Assembly (NCBI RefSeq): GCF_009914755.1
Contig: NC_060942.1
Reading direction: 5' to 3' (one strand)
Source of the DNA: the human T2T-CHM13v2.0 reference genome, Homo sapiens
DNA: 64,000 bases
The translations under genes and the position numbers were made by a program. This document shows positions 30,805-42,200 of the stretch, in pieces (positions within the stretch are counted from its first letter, which is position 1; the number at the start of each line of letters is the position of its first letter). A model generated the notes under the pieces. That model was not told the DNA's origin, searched no databases, and saw only the letters and a list, made by a program, of their open reading frames with translations.

Positions 30805-31757
30805 TGTCAGTTCAGGGGATAGAGGACACTGACTCTGGGCCCTGTTGACCCAAGCAGGCTTCCATTGTGGTGGGTTGTGTCACCCCACAATGTCACTGTT
30901 GCTGAGTCTCCATCGCCTCTGTGTTGTGGAGCAGTTAGAGACACACAGCAGTGTCTGTGAGTGGCTCTGTTGAAGGACCGTTTTCTAGATGAGAGGCACA
31001 TCTCAACACAGCTCACTGATCAGACTCAGGTGAGTGGGACCTGCTCTCTTCTCTTTCTCCTGGCTTGGGGACAGTCACTATCAGGTGGGTGGTTTTGGCC
31101 TCTGGGCAGCTACTGAGGGGAATCCCTGAACACTCACCGGGTGCCTGTTCTGTGCTGACGGTCATCTCATTCATCCTCGCAGCAATTCCATTCTGCATCT
31201 TTTCTCATCACCTCCGTGACCACCCAGGACAACCCCATCAGGGCCCTGTCACCAGGCCCAGTCCAGCTCCATGATAACCAAGACACAGGTCCAGAGACAA
31301 CCGTCCTGCATCATGCCTGCATCTGAACCCCCTTGGTGGGTAGTGACCAGCATAACATGGAAGAAGCCAGGGCAGCATGCGGCCAGCTGCTCTGCAGCCC
31401 CAGATGGCTCCTGGGCCTTGGGAAGTCATTCTTAAAGGGGAAGCTGGTCACTTTGAGGTCCCTGAAGGGAAGGGTGAATGTGCATCCCAACAGCCCTGGC
31501 AGCCAGCAGCATGCCATACATCTTCTCACCCAACCTGTGTGACAGAGGGCCCCTCCTGGGGCACAAGTCCCATACCTAAAGCATCCTGTCCCAGTTGGAC
31601 CTCATCCTGAGCCCTGGGAGGGGAGGGGCATCATGGGCCCCCCTGCAGCAGCCAGGATTACCACCCAGGGGACTTGGCCTTCTGTGGCCCTGGCCAGACT
31701 TAGAATTTGGCCCAAGACAAGACAAACTCACTCGGAGCAGCTTTTCAGTACCCGGGA

Positions 31758-32097
31758 CCTGTGCATGCCAGGCGAGGCCAAGCTGGCTCAAAGAGCAACC
31801 AGCCACCTCTGCAAGGGTGTGCCAGGAGCAGGTGGACTAGCCACCAACCTCCCCCACTCAGAGGAAACAGGGATGGCCAGGTTCCCACAGCCTGAGCGAC
31901 CACCACCTGACAGCTGATGGAGCAGAGGCCTGAGGAAAAGCAGATGGCGCTGGGGCTCTACCTCCAGGGCAGAATAACTGATTTATCCTGACTGGCAGGG
32001 AGTGAGGTTGGTGGCTGGTCCACCGGCTCCTGGCACACCCTTGCAGAGGTGGCTGGTTGCTCTTTGAGCCAGCTTGGCCTCGCCTGGCATGCACAGG
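31758..32097. repeat. Inverted repeat with 94-bp arms (31758-31851 / 32004-32097)
   Basis: Arms are reverse complements with 2 mismatches by eye; ORFs on opposite strands give the same peptide HARRGQAGSKSNQPPLQGCARSRWTSHQP. Confidence 0.92.
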
Positions 32098-32231
32098 CCT
32101 CAGTGCAACAAATGTGCTGCAAATGGAGCCACACAGAGGAAATGAGCAGCAGGCTCAGGAGCGGGGTGTGCGCTGCCTTTGGGGCTCCATTCCATGCATC
32201 AGGGCTTCTACAGCACCGTGGGCTTCTTGGA

Positions 32232-33200
32232 TGCCAAGAGGCAGACCACAGGCCATCTTGAGAAGGACTCTGGTAAGAGCTTACTTGGGTATGTGGATGA
32301 TGTCCAGGGTGTTGGCCTGGTGTCCCTGAGACAGCATTAACAGGTCCATGACTGGGTCCAGGTCCTGCCTGGGCTGATTGGCAAAGAGCTCACTGACAAT
32401 GTGGAAGGCATCTATGGTGAAGTAGTGTCTATGTTCAAGTGCAGAAAGGGCCCAATCTGGTGGATGAACCACACGGCCAGCTTCTGGATGCAGGCACAGT
32501 GCCACATTTTTTGTCACTTCTGATGCGCCCCACCAGCACCGAAGAGACAGCCTGGAGACAGGGCAAGAGGAAGGCTGAGAAGGATGAGTTGGTGAGTGCC
32601 AGATTCTTCCTGGCCCTGAGCCCACCCCCAGGGCGACACTCAACCTTTAGGAGTGGGAGAGCAAGATTGACGGCTTCCAGTGCTTCACCAAGAAGATGGA
32701 CAACAGGGCACTCAGCTCAACTTCACAGCCAATGAGTGGTGACAGGCCTTAAGAAAGAGCATCAGAAGGCCGCCAGTTCTTCTTCAGCCTCAGCCAGGCC
32801 TTGGAGCTGGACCAGGCCATTCACTTCAGTATAGAGATCTTCCACACTGTCAGTGAGGTCTTTGCCAATCAGTCCAGGCAGGACCTGGACCCAGCCATGG
32901 ACCTGTTGGTGCTGTCTCAGGGACACCAGACCAATATCCTGGACATCATCCACATACACAAGGAAGCTCTTACTAAAGTCACGGAGAGCAGACAACAAGT
33001 GGCAGAAGGGAAGATAGACGTGCAGAGGCTGATGATGTCAGAATCACAGGAACAGGATTTCTTTGGCCACTTTGGCTGAAATTCACCACTTCCATCCAAT
33101 TCCAGTGAGAGACATGGACTCACAGATGCAGCATTTCTTGCAACAAGAGATACTACTTTTTCAAAAAGTCACCCAGGAATTGATAGTGTTGAATGACTCG
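32232..33200 (+). pseudogene. SNX18: SNX18-like processed pseudogene fragment (end of PX domain plus BAR domain)
   Basis: Frameshifted peptides [63 protein letters not shown] and ATLAEIHHFH...SQMQHFLQQEILLFQKVTQ match the SNX18 PX-BAR sequence as I recall it; no introns. Confidence 0.88.
32266..32424 (-). pseudogene. Inverted duplicate of the SNX18 BAR segment (copy of ~32822-32980)
   Basis: Minus strand reads [46 protein letters not shown]. Confidence 0.88.
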
Positions 33201-36200
33201 ATACTCCATCGTGGACTGTTTCCAGTTCAAAGGTACTTTCTACAGCATAATAATAACACTAGCAAAGAGCTAGTACAAGGATGGTTTTGTGCTCAACTGA
33301 AATCCAGCTGAATACAGAATTGTATAGGAAACAGTTAATATGGTGATAGAATAGAAACAGTAGCAAATGTGAACTAAATCATGCTATGAATGCCTAAACT
33401 ACGCTGTAACTTTTGGAACAATGATAATACCACTTTATTGCGTTTTGAAGTATGAATATTTTAGTGTATGTACTCTAGACCTCAAACCCTATAAAGAGTC
33501 TCAAAGAAGTTGGCTGGATAAAGCCTGCTGTGGACGTCTTTATATTCAAAGATTGATGATGCATTTCGAATATGTGTCCACACCGAATCTCATGTTGAGT
33601 TATATTTCCTAATGTGGAAGGTGGATCCTGCTATAAGGTGATTGAATTATGAAGGCAAATTTCTCATGAATGGTTCAGCACCATCCCCTTGTACCATCCT
33701 CACAATAATGAGTGACTTCTCATGAGATCTGGTCACTGAAAACTCTATGTCACATCCCTACTCTCTGCGTTTTCCCCTTGCCATGTGAGACAACTGATTC
33801 TTTCTTTGCCTTCCATGATTATTGAAAGATTTCTGAGGCCTCCTAGAAGCAGAAGCACTGTGCTTAGAACCATGGGACAATTAAACCTCTTTTTCAAAAT
33901 AAATCATACAGAAAATGGCAAATGAAGACTGGAGCTTGCTATAAAGATACCTGGAAATGTGGAAGCAGCTTTGGAACCAGGTAATGGATGGAGGTTGGAA
34001 GAATTTGGAGGGCTCAAAAGAAGATAGATAGATGAGAAAACTTTTGGACCATCCTAGAGACTGGTTCAATGGTTGTGACAAAAATCCTGACAGAAACATG
34101 GACAGTGAAGGCCAGGCTGAAGAGGTCTCAGAGAGAAATAAGAAGCTTTCTGGAAAATGTCTTCCTTTTGGATATGGAAAGCTTACACAATGCCTGTACC
34201 ATCATTGTACCTTAGAAGCAGTGAACTTGCTTTTTATTTCAGAGACTCATAGGCAAAAGAGACTGTAGCCTTGATCCAGATGACACTTTGGACTTCGTAA
34301 CTTTGAGTTAATGCTGAAGTGAGTTAAGACTTTGGGAGACTGCTGGCAAGGCATGATTGTATTTTGCAATGTGAGAAGGATATGAGATTCGTGGGGTCAG
34401 GGACAGAATAATATGGCTTTTCTCTATGTCCCTACCAAAACTCATGTGGAATTATATTCTGTAATGTCAGAGGCGGGGCCTAGGTGGAAAAAGATTTAGT
34501 CATAAAATGGTGCAGGTAGATCCTTCACGAATGATAAAGGACCATCACCTTGATAAAGGACCATCACCTCCTGATAGTGAGTGAGTTCTCATGAGATCTG
34601 ATTCCTTAACAGGCTGTGGAACCTCTTTCCTCACTCTGTCTTCCTCCTGCTCCTGCTTTAGGAGGCATCTCATTTTCCCTTGGCTTTCTGATATAATGAG
34701 GAGGCTTCCTGATTCCTCCCAGAAACAGAAGACACTATGCTTTCTTCACAGCTTGCAGAACCATGAGTCAATTACACCTCTTTTATTTACAATAATACAG
34801 AAAATTAGAACTGCAGAGAAGAGCTGTGAAATGTCTTCAAGGCCTTTTTCCCTTTGTGTTGGCTATTAGCACAGGGCTTCTTTATATGCAAATTTCTGAA
34901 ATCTTCTTGAATTTTTCCCCTTAAATGGGATTTTTGTTATTGCTACATAGCCAACCTGCTAAATAAATATCTGAAAAAGTAAAAGCAGGCTCAGTAGTGG
35001 GTAGCAAACAAAGATTGGAAGGGTTTGGAGGGATAAGAGTATGAGAGGGAGTGGGAGGGAGTGATTTAATCATGGATGGGTGGGGGTGGATGTGGAAGGG
35101 AAAAAGGGGTGGTAGGGTGGGAGGGAGTAGACTGGCTGTAGGGTGGTGGGAGGGTGGTGGGTAGTAGGAAGGGGGAGTAGCCTGCTGCAGAGCAGAGCCT
35201 CATGGAAAACCCCTACTAGGGCAGTGCACCTGTGGCTTTGCAGGTTTGAGACCCATGGCTGCTCTCATGGACTGGACTAGTGTTGAGTGACTGTAGATTT
35301 TCCACACAGAGAGTGCAAGCTGTTGGTGGGTCTATGAGTCTGGGGTCTGGAGGGTGGTAGTCCCCTGTGTGGGGGCTCCAAGTCCATATTTTCCTAAAGC
35401 ACTGCCCTAGTAGAGGTTTTCCAAGAACTCTGCGTCTGCAGCAGGCTTCTGCCTGGAAACATTGGGAGGTGGGGGTGGGAGGCAGATCCTTCACCAATGG
35501 TTAGGCAGCATCTTCTTGGCGCTGTCCTCATGATAGTGTGTTCTCATGAGATCTGGTTATATAACAGGGTGTGGCACCTCTTTCCTCTCTCAGTCTTGCT
35601 TCTACTCCTGCCATATGAAACATCTCCTTGCCCCTTGGCCTTCTGGTATGATTGGGAGGCTTCCTGATCCTCCCAGAAGCAGAAGCCACTATGCTTCCTT
35701 TACAGCCTGCTGAACCATAAGCCAATTAAACCTCTTTTCTTTATGATCATACAGAAAATTAGTGCTGTGAAGTGGAGCCATGAAATGCCTTCAAGGCCCT
35801 TTCCCCTTTTTCTTGGCAACCAGCACTCAGCTTCTTTTCATGGAAATATCTGAAGCCTTTGTGAATTTTCCCCCTGAAAATGGACTTTTCTCTTTTACCA
35901 CATTGCCAGGCTGTGATAAAGATTGCTGACAATGTAGAACCAGGTTCAGAAGTGGGTAAAGGACAGAGGTAGGAAGACTTGGGAAAGCTTAGAAGACAAC
36001 AAGATGAGGAAAATATTGGACCACTATAGAGAACTGTTAAATACTTGTGATCAGAAGGCTGAGAAAAGGGTAAACACTGAAGTCCAGACTTAGAAGTTCT
36101 CAGATGAAAATGAGGAATTTCCTATAAACAGGGGCCAAGATTACATTTGATTGGCCTTAGCAAAGGACGTGGCAGCACAGGGACCCTGCCCTGGAGATCT

Positions 36201-39200
36201 GTGAAACTATGAACTTGGGGGTGATGATTTAGGATGTATCTGGTGAAATGAACATCTAGGCAGCATAGCACAAGAGGTGTCCTGTCTGCATTGAACAGCC
36301 TGTGTTCTTATGTGTGACCTAAGAAATAACTTCAAGTTGGAACTTCAAGTGGAGATCTAAAATTTGGAAAATTTGGAGCCTGGCCAAGTGGTCAAAAAGA
36401 AAAGCCGATTTTGAGGGGGAAAATTCAAGAAGGCTTAGGTTATTTCCATAAAAAGGAACGCAGTGCAAACAGCCAAGACAGTGGGAAACTGGCCTTGAAA
36501 GTATTTTAGAGACCTCTGCAGCAGCCCTTGCTGTCACAGACCATGGGGTCTAGGAGAGAAGAATGGTTTCCTGGGCCAGTCCCATGGTCCTGCTGCTGTG
36601 CTCAACCACAGGACACTGCTGCCTGCATCCCTGCAGCTCCAGCACCAGCCGTGGCTGAAAGATGCACAGGTACAGCTTGGGTCATTGCTTCAGAGGTGGC
36701 TCAAAGCCTTGATGGTTTCCACATAGTGTTAAGCCAGTAGGTGCACAGAGAAAGAGACTAGAGGCTTGGGAGCTCCTGTCTAGACTCCAGAAGATGTACA
36801 GAAAATCCTGGATGTCCAGGAAGAAGCTTTTCCAAGAGGCATAACCTCATGGGGAACCTCTACTAGGGGAGCAAAGAAGAGACTTATAGGGTTAAAGCCC
36901 CCACAGAGGGAGGCATCATTCTCCAAACCCCAGATTCATAGACCCACAAACAGCTTGCACCCTCAGTGTGGAAAAGCTATGGGCACTCAACAAGAGCCCT
37001 GTCCATGAGAGACAGCCGTGGAGGCTGAACGCTGCCAAGCCACAGGTCAGATCTGCCCAAGGCCTTGGGAGCTCAGCCCTCACAGCCCTGTGCCATGGAT
37101 GTGGGACAAGGATTCAAAAACGATGATTTTGGAGCTGTAGGATTGAGTCACTGGTCTGCTGGGTTTTGGACATTTATGTATCCTATGAGTCCCATCTGTG
37201 TTTTGGGCTTCTTTCTAGCAATTTTTTTTTCTGATGCCTGGGAATGCTTACCCATTGCCTGTACAATCATTTACCTTGGAAGTAGTAAACGTGCTTTATA
37301 ACTCAGTGGCTCATGGGCAGAAGGGAGTGTAGACTTGTCTCAGATGAGACTCTGGGCTTTGGGCATTTGAGCAAATGCTGGAATGAGTTAAGATTTGAGA
37401 GACTCTAGGGAAGGCATCATTGCATTTTGCAATGTGAGAAAGACATGAACATTGGGGGACCAGGGACAGAATAATATGTTTTGGCTCTCTGTCTCTACCA
37501 AAGCTCATGTGGAATGTTAATGGGAAATGTTAAATGTGGGGGCTGGTGGAAGGTGATTTAATCATGATGGAGAGAGGAGGTTGGATGGTGGGGGTCGGGG
37601 AGGGTTGGGGGTGATTGGGTGGTGAGGAGGGTTGGAGGGGATTGTGGTGGGGTTGGGGGTATAAGGCGGGCTGGGGTGCATCCTTCACAAACGGTTAAAC
37701 ACCATCTCCTTAATGCCGTCCTTCTGATAGTGAGTTCTCTTCATGATTTTGGAGCTGTGAGATTGAACGAACACTGACCTGTGGGATTTTGGATGTCCAT
37801 TGGGCCTGTGGTCCCATTTGTGTTATTTTTCTTGGAAATTTCTTCCCTTTGGATTGAGAAAGGTTACCCAATACGTGTACCATCATTGTACCTTGAAAGA
37901 AACGAACACCCTTTTAACTTCAGGGACTCATAGGCAGAAGAGACTGTAGTCTTGTCTCAGATGAGACTTTGAACTTTTTACATTTGAGTTAATGCGGGAA
38001 TGAGTTAAGGCTTTTGGAAACTTTGAAAAGGCACAATTGTATTTTCTTCTGTGAGAAGGATATGAGATTTGGGGGGGTCAAGGTCAGCATAATATGATTT
38101 GGCTGTGTGTCCCTGGAAAATCTCATGTGGAATTGTAATCCCAAATGTTGGAGGTGGGGCCTGGTGGGAGATTATTTAATCATGGGTGGGAGGGTTAGGG
38201 GTGGAAGAAAAAAGGGGTGGGTAGGGTGGGGAAGAGTAGGCTGGCTGTAGGGTGGTGGGAGGGTGGTGGGTAGTAGGAAGGGGGAGTAGCCTGCTGCAGA
38301 GGCAGCGGCTCATGGAAAACCTCTACCAGGGCAGTGCGCCTGTGGCTTTGCAGGCTTTAGCCCCCATGGCTGCTCTCATGGGCTGGGCTGCTGTTGAGTG
38401 CCTATCACTTTTCCATACTGAGGGTGTGAACTTTTGGTAGGTCTATGAATCAGGGATCTAGAGGATGGTGGCCTCCTGCATAGTCACTCAAAGCCCTTAT
38501 TTTCCTTGTGCACTGCCATAGTACAGGATTTCCAAGAGCCTCTGCCTCTGCAGCAGGTTTCTGTCTGGAAAGGTAGGGGGTGGAGATGTGTTGGGGGGCG
38601 GATCCTTCACCAATGGTTAAGCACCATCTTCTTGATGCTGACCTAGTGATAGTGAGTTCTCATGAGATCTGGTTATAGGATGGTGTGGCACCTCTTTCCT
38701 CTCTCAGCCTTGCTCCTACTCCTGCTTAATGAAACATTTCATTGCTGTTTTCCTACTGGTATGACATTTCCCCATCGTCTTGGCTATTAGCACTCACTTC
38801 TTTTTAATGCAAATATCTGAAGGCTTCTTGAAGTTTCCCTCTGAAAATGGACTTCTTTTTCTTCTGCATTGCCAGGCTGCAACAAAGATAGCTGAAAATG
38901 TAAAGCAGGTTCAGAAGTGGGTAACAGCCAGAGGTTGGAGAGTCTGGAGATCTTGAAAGAAGACAGGAAGATGAAGGAAAGTTTGGACCATTGTAGGCAC
39001 TTGTCAAATAGTTGTGATTAAAAGGCTGGCAGAAGGATGGAAGTGAAGGCCAGGCTTACAAGGTCTCAGATGAAAATGAGGAACTTACTGGGAACGGGAG
39101 CCAAGGTTACCTTTTGTTTTGCTGTAGCGAAGAACATGGCTGCAGGACGACCTTGCCCTCAAGATCTGTGAAACTTTGAACTAAAGGGTGACGATTTAGT

Positions 39201-42200
39201 GCATATCTGGTGGAATGAACTTCTAGGCAGCATAGCACAAGGGGGGGTCCTGTCTGCATCAAACAGCCTGTGCTCTTACGTGTGACCGAGGTTATGTGTG
39301 ACCGAGGAAATGACCTCAAGTTGGAACTTATATTTAAATGACAAGCAGAGCTCAAAAGTTTGGAACATCTGCAACCTGGCCAAGTGGTCAAAAAGAAAAG
39401 CTGATTTTCAGGGGGAAAACTCATGAAGGCTCCAGAAACTTGCATAAAATGGAGGCCAGTGCTAATAGCCAAGACAATGGGGGAAAAAGCCTTGGAGACA
39501 TTTCAGAGATGTCTGCAGCAGCCCTTGCTGTCAGGCCCTGGGTCCTAGGAGAGAAGAATGGTTTCTTGGGCGAGCCCCATGACCCTGCTGCTGTTTGCAG
39601 CCTCAGGACACTGCTGCCTGCATCCCTGCAGCCCCAGCTCCTGCTCTGACCTTGGCTGAAAGATGCACAGGTACAGATTGCATCACTGCTTCAGAGGGAA
39701 CAGGCTATAAGGCTTCATGGCTTTCACATAGTGTTAAGCCCGCGAGCGCACAGAGCACTAGCCCAGAGGCTTCTGAGCCTTCATATAGATTTCGGAAGAC
39801 GTATGAAAATGCCTGGGTGTCCAGACAGAAGGCTGCCAAAAAGCAGAGCCTCCTGGGAAACCTCTACTAGGGCAGTGCAGAAGGAAAATATGGGGTTGGA
39901 GCCCCACAATGGAGGCCAGCATCATGCAGACCCCAGATTCATAGACCCACCAAGAACTTTGTACCCTCTGTGGGTAAAAACTACAGGCAGTCAACACCAG
40001 CACAGCCCATGAGGGCAGCTGTGGGGATGGAACACTGCGAAGCCACAGGTAGAGAAATGCCCAAGGCCTTGGGAACCCCGCCCTCATACCCTTGTGTCCT
40101 GGATGTGGGACAAGGATTAAAAAAGGATGACTTTGGAGCTGTAGGTTTGAATAACTGGCCGGCTGGGTTTTAGATTTTCATGGGACCTGTAAGTCCCTTT
40201 TCTGTTTTGTTCTTCTCTCTGGCAAAAATCTTCCTTTTGGTTGGGAATTCTTACTCAATGTCTGGACAATCATACCTTGGAAGTAGTTAACTTGCTTTGT
40301 ATTTCAGAGGCTCAGGAGCAGAAGGGACTGCATCTTTGTCTCAGATGTGACTTTGGCCTTCAGACATTTGAGTAAATGCTGGAATGAGTTAAGACCTTGG
40401 GGTTCTTAGCCAAGATGATGGGGAAAAGTCATTGAAGGCATTTCATAGCTTCACTTCACAATACTAATTTTCTATATGATCATAACAAAAAGGGGTTTAA
40501 TGGGCTCATGGTTCTGCAGGCTGTAAAAAAAAAAGCACAATGGCTTGGGGAATGGTAAGTAAGGCATCATTGTATTTTGCAAAGTGAGAAGGACATGAGA
40601 TTTGTGGGGCAGGGACAGAATAATAAGATTTGGCTGTGTGTCCCTATGGAAACTCATGTGGAATTGTAATCAGAAATGTTTAAATTGGGGCCAGGTGGAA
40701 GGTGATTTAATCATGGAGGGCAGTTGGTATTGGAAGGTGGGGATTGGGGAAAATGGGTGGATTATGGTGGGGGTGAGTGGTGAAACGTGGGAGTGGGTGG
40801 AGGATCCTTCACAAATGGTTAAACACCATCTCCTTAATTCTTTCTTCATGGAGGTGAGTTCTCGTGATGTTTTGGAGCCGTGAAATTGAATGGGGATAGT
40901 GGCCTCCTGGGTTTTGGACTTGCATTGGCCCTGTCATCCCATTTGTGTTATTTTCCTGGCAGACCTCTCCCCTTTGGATTGAGAAAACTTACCCAATGCC
41001 TATACCATCTTTGTACCTTGAAAGAAAAGAAATCCCTTTTAAATTCAGGAACTTATAGGCAAAAGGGACTGTGGCCTTTTCTCAGGTGAGACATTGAACT
41101 TTTTACATTTGAGTTAATGCTGAAATGACTTAAGACTTTCCGCAACTTTTGAAAAGGCCTGATTGTATTTTACTGTGTGAGAAGGATACGATATTTGGGA
41201 GATCAGGGTCAGAATAATATGGTTTAGCTGTGTGTCCCTACCTAAACTCACATGTAATTGTAATCCCGAATGTTGCAGGTGGGGCCTGGTGGGAGGTGAT
41301 TTATTCATGGATGGGAGAGGGGTGGGATTGGACGTAAAAACAGGTGGGTAAAGTGTTGAGGAGTAGGCTGGCTGTAGGGTGGTGTATAGCAGGAGGGGAG
41401 TAGCCTGCCGCAGAGGCAGAGGCTCATAGAAAAACTCTACTGATGCAGTGCACCTGTGGCTTTGCAGGGTTCAGCACATGTAGGTGCTCTCATGGGCTGG
41501 GCTGGTGTTAAGTGCCTGTAGCTTTTCCGTACTTGTGGTGTGAGCTGTTGATGGGTCTATGGGTCTGGTGTCTGGAGGATGGTGGTATTCTCCATGGGGG
41601 CTCCAAGCCCGTAGTTTTCCTCTAAACAGCCATAGTAGAGGTTTTCCAAGAGGATCTGCCTCTGCCTCAGGCTTCTGCTTGGAGACAGTGGGTGGTGGAT
41701 ATGAGGTGGTGGGCGGATCCTTCACCAACAGTGAAGCACCATCTTCTTGATGCTGATCTCCTGATACTGAGCTCTCATGAGATCTAGTTGTATAACAGGA
41801 TGTTGCACCTCTTTCCTCTCTCTGTCTTGCTTCTACTCCTGCCATATGAAACATTTCATTGCCGCTTGGCCTTCTGGTATGACTGGGAGGCTTCCTGAGT
41901 CCTCCTACAAGCAGAAACCACTATGCTTTCTTTACAGCCTGAAGAACTGTGAGTCAACTAAACCTCTTTTCTTTATGTACATACAGAAAATTAATGCTGC
42001 GAAGTGAAGCTATGAAATGTCTTCTAGGCCTTCCCCCAATCTCTTGGCTATTAGCACTGAGCTTTTTCAATGCAGATATTGGAGGCCTTCTTGATGATTC
42101 CCCCTGATAATGGAATTTTCTTCTTTTACCACATTGCCAGGCTGCGAAAAAGATAGCTGACAGTGTAGAAGCAGGTTCTGAATTAGGTAATGGCCAGAGG

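Noticed and set aside
31240-31560. Possible further SNX18 5' remnants upstream of the inverted repeat
   Set aside because: Similarity is too weak to support by eye; needs an alignment to SNX18 mRNA.
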